From an uncultured Oscillospiraceae bacterium (lineage in GTDB: Bacteria > Bacillota > Clostridia > Oscillospirales > SIG519), in assembly GCA_964520885.1 (NCBI GenBank), contig CAZFQD010000007.1, positions 6,194 to 30,193 on the forward strand: a stretch of DNA of 24,000 bases, in the 5' to 3' direction. The translations under genes were made by a program, and so were the position numbers. Shown one piece after another: positions 16,725 through 24,000 of the stretch. Within the stretch, counting starts at the first letter, position 1, and each line of letters opens with the position of its first letter. The notes beneath the pieces are model-generated. The model was not told where the DNA came from. It was given only the letters and a program-made list of their open reading frames with translations, and ran no database searches.

Positions 16725-16851
16725 TTTTTGCAATTTTATTTTATAATATTTCATATTAATTAATAAAAATGAAGTTTTTTATAAATTTATCTTGTTTTTT
16801 GCAAGATTAGTTGTTACAATATTCATATAATGAATAGAGAGGAAGATTTTC

Positions 16852-18454
<1,603 letters not shown>

Positions 18455-18456
18455 TT

Positions 18457-18490
18457 AAAAGGTCTTGTGATAATTACCGCAAGACCTTTT
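18457..18490. terminator. Bidirectional rho-independent terminator between convergent glnK and nth
   Basis: AAAAGGTCTTG (18457-18467) pairs with CAAGACCTTTT (18480-18490). A and T tracts flank it on both sides. The nth stop codon lies within the right arm. Confidence 0.75.
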
Positions 18491-19127
18491 AATATAATGA
18501 ATTTAAATAATACTCACATAAAAAATTAATGCAACAATTTAAACATTTAGGTTTTTTCGCATTACAAATTGCTCTTCCATGATAAACTAAAAGGTGACAA
18601 AAATCTAATGAAATTTCATCTGGGACTATTTTTTTTAATGTTCTTTCTACAAATAATGGATTTACACTTTTACACAAACCTAAACGATTTGATAATCTAA
18701 TACAATGTGTATCAGTTACAATTGCAGGCTTTTTAAAAACTTCTCCTAAAATTAAATTTGCACTTTTTCTTCCTATACCTTGTAGTGTTAAAAGTTGCTC
18801 CATTGAGTTTGGTATTTTACCTTTATATTTTTCAATTAAAGTTTTGCACATCTCATTAATGCTTTTTGCTTTTATATGATAAAATCCGCAAGGTTTAATA
18901 ATATTTTCTAACTCTTCAATATCACAAAAAGCATAATCTTCAATTTCTCTATACTTTGAAAATAATGATTTTGTAATAATATTTACTCTCTCATCAGTGC
19001 ATTGGGCTGACAATCTTGTGGCTATTAAAAGTTCTAATTCGTTAACAAATTGCAAGGTGCAACTCGCATTTGGGTATTCTTTTTTTAAACAATTATATAT
19101 TGCTATTGCTTTTTCTTTATTTTTCAT
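18489..19127 (-). CDS. nth: Endonuclease III (DNA-(apurinic or apyrimidinic site) lyase)
   Basis: 212-aa ORF. It has the HhH-GPD motif LLTLQGIGRKSANLILG with the catalytic Asp region VTDTH, and a C-terminal 4Fe-4S cluster loop CNAKKPKCLNCCINFLC. Confidence 0.9.
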   Translation of the reverse strand: MKNKEKAIAIYNCLKKEYPNASCTLQFVNELELLIATRLSAQCTDERVNIITKSLFSKYREIEDYAFCDIEELENIIKPCGFYHIKAKSINEMCKTLIEKYKGKIPNSMEQLLTLQGIGRKSANLILGEVFKKPAIVTDTHCIRLSNRLGLCKSVNPLFVERTLKKIVPDEISLDFCHLLVYHGRAICNAKKPKCLNCCINFLCEYYLNSLY

Positions 19128-20382
19128 TTTGTTTCTTTATGCTTTCCCAATATTTTTTATTTGCTTGTTCAAATTTGTTGTTGCCATATTCATAATACTT
19201 TGTATTTTTAATATTATCAGGTAAATATTGCTGTTGAATATAATTGTTTTCAAAACTGTGGGGATATAAATAGTTTTTTCCTCTGCCCAATTTCTTTGCT
19301 CCATCATAATGAGCATCTTTTAGATAAGATGGAATATCGCCACTGTTACCTTTTCTAATATCTTCAATAGCATTATCAATAGCACATATTACCGAATTTG
19401 ATTTAGGAGAAGTTGCCAACATAACAACTGCTTGTGCAAGAGGAATTCTTGCTTCCGGAAAGCCTAATTGCATGGCACTATCAACACAAGACTTAACTAT
19501 TGTAATGGCTTGAGGATAGGCAAGCCCTATATCCTCTGCTGAAATAACCAATAATCTTCGGCAAATTGATGGCAAATCCCCTGCTTCCACTAATCTTGCC
19601 AAATAGTGAATAGCGGCATTTTCATCTGAGCCTCTGATAGATTTTTGAAATGCTGATAATATATCATAATGAACATCGCCATCTCTATCATATCTCATTG
19701 ATGACCGCTGAGCAACTTCTTTAGCCATTTGTTCAGTTATTACAATATCTTTATTTGTAACTAAGGTTAATATTTCAATTGCATTTATAGCTTTTCGCAC
19801 ATCTCCGCCACAAGAATGAGAAATCAATTCTAATGCGTCATCATTTATAGTTATTTTTATATTCAGCTCATTTTGTCTAAACTGAACTGCTCTATTTATT
19901 GCTTTTTTAATATCAGTAGCAGAAATCGGCTTAAATTCAAAAATGGTTGAACGGCTTAAAATTGCATTGTAAACATAAAAATAAGGGTTTTCGGTAGTTG
20001 ATGCAATTAAAGTTATTTTACCGTTTTCTATATATTCAAGTAAGGTTTGCTGTTGTTTTTTATTAAAATATTGAATTTCATCAAGGTATAAAAGAACACC
20101 ATCTATAGCCATAAGGGTATCTAATTCCTCAACAATTGCTTTTATATCATTAATTGATGCTGTTGTTGCATTAATTTTATGTAGCCTTCTTTTTGTGGCA
20201 TCAGCAATTATATTGGCAACGGTTGTTTTGCCAATTCCGGAAGGACCATAAAAAATCATATTAGGGACAATTCCAGAAGTAATAATATTACTTAATGCTC
20301 TGCCCTTACCTATAAGATGAGATTGCCCTGCAATCTCATCTAAAGTTGTTGGTCTTAACCTATCTGCTAAGGGAGTATACAT
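19117..20382 (-). CDS. rarA: Replication-associated recombination protein A (RarA/MgsA AAA+ ATPase)
   Basis: 421-aa ORF. The N-terminus is PLADRLRPTTLDEIAGQSHL. It has Walker A GPSGIGKTT, Walker B LYLDEIQYFNK, the TENP motif and a C-terminal MgsA domain (SAFQKSIRGSDENAAIHYLARL). Confidence 0.92.
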   Translation of the reverse strand: MYTPLADRLRPTTLDEIAGQSHLIGKGRALSNIITSGIVPNMIFYGPSGIGKTTVANIIADATKRRLHKINATTASINDIKAIVEELDTLMAIDGVLLYLDEIQYFNKKQQQTLLEYIENGKITLIASTTENPYFYVYNAILSRSTIFEFKPISATDIKKAINRAVQFRQNELNIKITINDDALELISHSCGGDVRKAINAIEILTLVTNKDIVITEQMAKEVAQRSSMRYDRDGDVHYDILSAFQKSIRGSDENAAIHYLARLVEAGDLPSICRRLLVISAEDIGLAYPQAITIVKSCVDSAMQLGFPEARIPLAQAVVMLATSPKSNSVICAIDNAIEDIRKGNSGDIPSYLKDAHYDGAKKLGRGKNYLYPHSFENNYIQQQYLPDNIKNTKYYEYGNNKFEQANKKYWESIKKQNEK

Positions 20383-20394
20383 AATTTCACCTTT

Positions 20395-21636
20395 TTAATA
20401 CAAAGGATATTTTTCGCAAAGTTTTGTTACTTGTGCTCTTATATAATCGCCTTTATTTTCAAAATCGGACGCAGTCAAATATAACAATTCTGCTATTTTT
20501 GTCATTTCATCTTGCTTAAAACCTCTTGATGTTGCGGCTGGAGTTCCAATTCTAACTCCACTTGTTACAAATGGACTTTGCGGGTCATTTGGAATTGCAT
20601 TTTTATTTACTGTAATATAAACTTCATCTAATCTATGTTCAAATTCTTTGCCTGTTAAATTAAATTTTCTCAAATCAACTAACATAAGATGATTATCAGT
20701 TCCATGAGAAACTAAATCAAAGCCTAAACTTATCAAACCTTCTGAAAGCACTTTTGCATTTTTAACAATTTGTTGTTGATATGTTTTAAACTCCGGTTTT
20801 AATGCTTCTCCAAAGCAAACAGCCTTAGCGGCTATTATATGCATTAATGGACCACCTTGAATACCCGGAAACACGGCTTTATTTATAGCTTTTGCTAATT
20901 CTTCTTTACATAAAATCATTCCACCTCTTGGACCTCTAAGAGTTTTATGAGTAGTTGAGGTAACAATATCAGCATAGGGAACAGGATTTGAATGAAGCCC
21001 CGTCGCCACTAAGCCTGCAATATGAGCCATATCCACCATTAAATATGCTCCAACTTCTTTTGCAATTTGAGAGAATTTTTCAAAATCAATTTCTCTTGGA
21101 TAAGCAGAAGCACCTGCTAAAATCATTTTTGGTTTTGTTTCTTTTGCTGTTTTATATAATTTATCATAATCAATTCTATGATTAACTTCATCTACACCAT
21201 AAGGCACTATATTATAATATGCACCTGAAATATTTACAGGTGAACCGTGTGATAAATGTCCCCCATGTGCCAAACTCATACCCATAACAGTATCACCCTG
21301 CTTCAATACTGCAAAAAAAGCTGCCATATTTGCTTGTGCTCCGCTATGAGGTTGAACATTTGCATGCTCGGCACCAAAAAGTTCCTTTGCTCTATTTATT
21401 GCTATGTTTTCTGCAATATCAACACATTCACAGCCTCCATAATATCTTTTTCCCGGATAACCTTCTGCATATTTATTTGTTAATACGGTTCCCATTGCCG
21501 CCATTACTGCTTCTGACACAAAATTTTCACTTGCAATTAGTTCAATATTTCTTTTTTGCCTTAAATACTCCTTTTCAATAGCATCGGCAACCTCGCTATC
21601 ACTTTGCCTTATAAAATCAATCGTTTGCTCCATCAT
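20395..21636 (-). CDS. glyA: Serine hydroxymethyltransferase
   Basis: It has [26 protein letters not shown] and the PLP-lysine motif [14 protein letters not shown]. The track ORF starts at 21657 ([11 protein letters not shown]...). I prefer ATG 21636, because the distance to the IELIASEN motif then matches typical GlyA proteins and a weak AAGGGA lies upstream. The start is uncertain by 7-8 codons. Confidence 0.9.
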   Translation of the reverse strand: MMEQTIDFIRQSDSEVADAIEKEYLRQKRNIELIASENFVSEAVMAAMGTVLTNKYAEGYPGKRYYGGCECVDIAENIAINRAKELFGAEHANVQPHSGAQANMAAFFAVLKQGDTVMGMSLAHGGHLSHGSPVNISGAYYNIVPYGVDEVNHRIDYDKLYKTAKETKPKMILAGASAYPREIDFEKFSQIAKEVGAYLMVDMAHIAGLVATGLHSNPVPYADIVTSTTHKTLRGPRGGMILCKEELAKAINKAVFPGIQGGPLMHIIAAKAVCFGEALKPEFKTYQQQIVKNAKVLSEGLISLGFDLVSHGTDNHLMLVDLRKFNLTGKEFEHRLDEVYITVNKNAIPNDPQSPFVTSGVRIGTPAATSRGFKQDEMTKIAELLYLTASDFENKGDYIRAQVTKLCEKYPLY

Positions 21637-21682
21637 AAGATTTTTTCGTCCCTTCATTTTTAAATATTAAGTAAATTATATT

Positions 21683-23290
21683 CTAAAACAATATTCTCTC
21701 AATAAATTCATTTTCAAAAATCGGGTTGCCTGAAAGTTCAACTATTTTTACTTGCTTTGAAATCTTATTCGCTCTTTCTCTATCATTAGATGATAACAAA
21801 GCCATAATTGCACCAGTTCCTGCCGCATTTCCTATTGATTTTGCATTTATAGTAAAATGCTTTGGTAATAAGCCTATTTCTCCTGCACTATCCATATTTA
21901 TTGCTGAGCCAAATCCACCTGCAACATAGATATTTTTTACATCAAAATCTTCAATTTGAGCACTTTTTAGCAGCATTGTTGTTCCAGCTGAAATAGCCGC
22001 CTTTGCTAACTGAACTTCTCGTATATCCTTTTGAGTAATATATATACTTTTTTTATCATTTAAACTAAAACTAATTTCGCCATCACATTCAAAAACATAT
22101 TCTTTATATATACCTTTGTAATCTTGTTCTATTCTTCCTGTTTCATCAATTATATTATTTATTTTCATTATTGAAACTGCATCAAGCAGTCCAGAACCGC
22201 AAATACCAATTGGGTTACCTTTGCCAATAATAGATAATTTAATTTTGCCGTTTTCTTGACTAACTTTTTTTATTGCACCATCAATACTTCCCGTTCCAAA
22301 TTTAATTTGTGCTCCTTCAAAGGCTGGACCTGCCGCAGTAGAGCATGCATAAATACTGCCGTTGTGCTTAATTGCCATTTCTCCGTTAGTTCCTATATCA
22401 ACCATATATGAATTATCTTCTTGCTTATCATAATCACAAGCAAGCATTACCGAAACCGCATCTCCACCTAAAAAACCCGAAATAATCGGCATAAAATAAA
22501 TATTTGCCGATTTATTAATATTAAATCCGATTTTTTCATTGCTAATATACTCACCGAAATATGATTGTGGTTCAAAAGGCAAATGTCCTAATGAAACAAC
22601 TGAAATATTTGCCGCCAAAAGTAGCATAGTTGTATTGCCCGTTAGAACGCAATCGCAAATTGTGCTACTATTACAACCACTTTCTCTACAAAATTCATCT
22701 ATCATTTCATTCAACTGTTCTATTATTACTTTATGTAAAATTTCGTTACCATCCTCATTATTTGTGCAATAATTAATTCGTGACATTACATCAGCACCAT
22801 AGGCTTTTTGCATATTAATTCGTGAAGCTGTATATAAATGCATTCCTGTTTCAAGATTATAGAAGAATGCCGCAACAGTGGTTGTTCCAATATCAACAGC
22901 CATTCCCACAATTAAAGAAACTTGATTTTTATATTTTTTAATATCAATTGATGGGTTTATCTCAATTTTAAGTCCTTTTGTGTTTGTTTCTACCTCAAAT
23001 TCATTATCATCTATGTATACTGTTAAATCGCCTTCGATTTTAGCATAGCAAGCCAATCTAAATCCTTTATTAATTTCTTCATCTGATAAAAACTCTTTTT
23101 CACCATCGGTTATTAACGAGAGTTTTCCTTTAACTTTTACCTTGCATTTTCCACATTCGCCTCTACCACCACAAGGTGCATCAAGAAAAATACTATTTGA
23201 AATTAATACTTCAAATATTGTTTTCCCTTTTAAAACATTAATTGTTTTTTTATACAAACCATTAATTATAGTGCAAATATATTTATCCAT
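21683..23290 (-). CDS. [2Fe-2S] ferredoxin domain fused to an ASKHA (DUF4445) ATPase: RACo-like corrinoid reductive activase
   Basis: The N-terminus has a plant-type ferredoxin cluster motif CGGRGECGKCKV...LAC. The body carries ASKHA phosphate motifs (VDIGTTTV, VDIGTNGE, CGSG). The preferred start is ATG 23290, with GAAGGTAGG upstream. The track uses TTG 23308. Confidence 0.75.
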   Translation of the reverse strand: MDKYICTIINGLYKKTINVLKGKTIFEVLISNSIFLDAPCGGRGECGKCKVKVKGKLSLITDGEKEFLSDEEINKGFRLACYAKIEGDLTVYIDDNEFEVETNTKGLKIEINPSIDIKKYKNQVSLIVGMAVDIGTTTVAAFFYNLETGMHLYTASRINMQKAYGADVMSRINYCTNNEDGNEILHKVIIEQLNEMIDEFCRESGCNSSTICDCVLTGNTTMLLLAANISVVSLGHLPFEPQSYFGEYISNEKIGFNINKSANIYFMPIISGFLGGDAVSVMLACDYDKQEDNSYMVDIGTNGEMAIKHNGSIYACSTAAGPAFEGAQIKFGTGSIDGAIKKVSQENGKIKLSIIGKGNPIGICGSGLLDAVSIMKINNIIDETGRIEQDYKGIYKEYVFECDGEISFSLNDKKSIYITQKDIREVQLAKAAISAGTTMLLKSAQIEDFDVKNIYVAGGFGSAINMDSAGEIGLLPKHFTINAKSIGNAAGTGAIMALLSSNDRERANKISKQVKIVELSGNPIFENEFIERILF

Positions 23291-23310
23291 TTGTTTTCCT
23301 ACCTTCAAAA

Positions 23311-24000
23311 TTATTTTAAATACGCTTGTTCTCTATAAATGCCTTTATCATTCCATGCTAAATAAATTCCGCATTTTAATTGCTTACAAATAGTAATTTG
23401 TGCTTTAATATCATCAAAAGTATAAACCTTTGATGAACTATCATAATCTCCGATAAATGGACGAAGAATTGCTTTGCAATTCTCTAATTTCATTCTATTT
23501 AAAGTTTCACTAATTGCTATGTTTAAAACTTCAGTAGCATTATCATCTGCCTTTATTATCACCTTATCATTAATGGTAACACTATTTGTATACGAAGTTT
23601 TTAGAGTGGATATTTGAAATCTCGGAGATAAATAATCTACCTTAATATTTGCCAAATCAAATGTTTGACCACCCTCAACATTAACTGTTTCACTATATGC
23701 ACCTTGTCCCGGCAAACATAACGACACCTTAAGCCCCTTACTATGGGCTCTATCAGAAAAAGCATTTACAAAATCATTAAGCATTTTTGGTTTTGATATG
23801 TTTTTTGAAATTTCTCCATAATCAAGTAAATCTAAGCGACCAAAGTCAGGAAATTTAACCTCGTCAAGCATTATTTCACTAAAACCTAATGTTGATACTT
23901 CATCACAAATTGCATATAAATAATCTTGCACTTCATTGTTGTAAGGATTAATCCAAAAAAATGTATTCCACCATTTTCCTCCACCTCTTAATGGAACTGA
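23311..24000 (-). CDS. DUF4015-like putative glycoside hydrolase (TIM-barrel GHL family), 5' end off the right edge
   Basis: The frame stays open upstream of the track's GTG at 23931: ...SVPLRGGGKWWNTFFWINPYNNEVQDYLYAICDEVSTLGFSEIMLDEVKFPDFG. The pattern W-NPYN--VQDYL------A--GF-EI--D-(I/V)-FP is what I recall for DUF4015 proteins. Confidence 0.55.
   Translation of the reverse strand, partial: SVPLRGGGKWWNTFFWINPYNNEVQDYLYAICDEVSTLGFSEIMLDEVKFPDFGRLDLLDYGEISKNISKPKMLNDFVNAFSDRAHSKGLKVSLCLPGQGAYSETVNVEGGQTFDLANIKVDYLSPRFQISTLKTSYTNSVTINDKVIIKADDNATEVLNIAISETLNRMKLENCKAILRPFIGDYDSSSKVYTFDDIKAQITICKQLKCGIYLAWNDKGIYREQAYLK

Overview
AT-rich (about 30% GC by eye) chromosomal segment from a low-GC Firmicute. 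It is most likely Clostridium sensu stricto, judged from gene order, the protein sequences and a C. perfringens-like AgrD peptide. Coding is dense and mostly on the minus strand. Most genes are housekeeping. From the left edge they are rph (partial), ftsY, smc, a beta-carbonic-anhydrase-like gene, cca, rbsK, cobO, tspO and yigZ. Further right are a nitrogen block (type III glutamine synthetase divergent from amtB-glnK), nth, rarA, glyA, a RACo-like ferredoxin/ASKHA protein and a DUF4015-like gene (partial, right edge). Two accessory-looking regions stand out. The first, at about 5.8-9.6 kb, is an agr-type quorum-sensing module with AgrB and a 42-aa AgrD precursor but no AgrC/AgrA. Two uncharacterised multipass membrane protein genes precede it in the same apparent operon, and a membrane-anchored GGDEF + HD-GYP c-di-GMP enzyme follows it directly. 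The second, at about 13.4-14.4 kb, is a small islet between yigZ and glnN. It holds a Phd/ParE-type toxin-antitoxin pair, the C-terminal remnant of a Y-family DNA polymerase gene, and an odd non-coding stretch with a hairpin and a CU-rich heptad repeat. I saw no rRNA, tRNA, CRISPR array, transposase or integrase. All family assignments come from motif recognition by eye; no database search was run.
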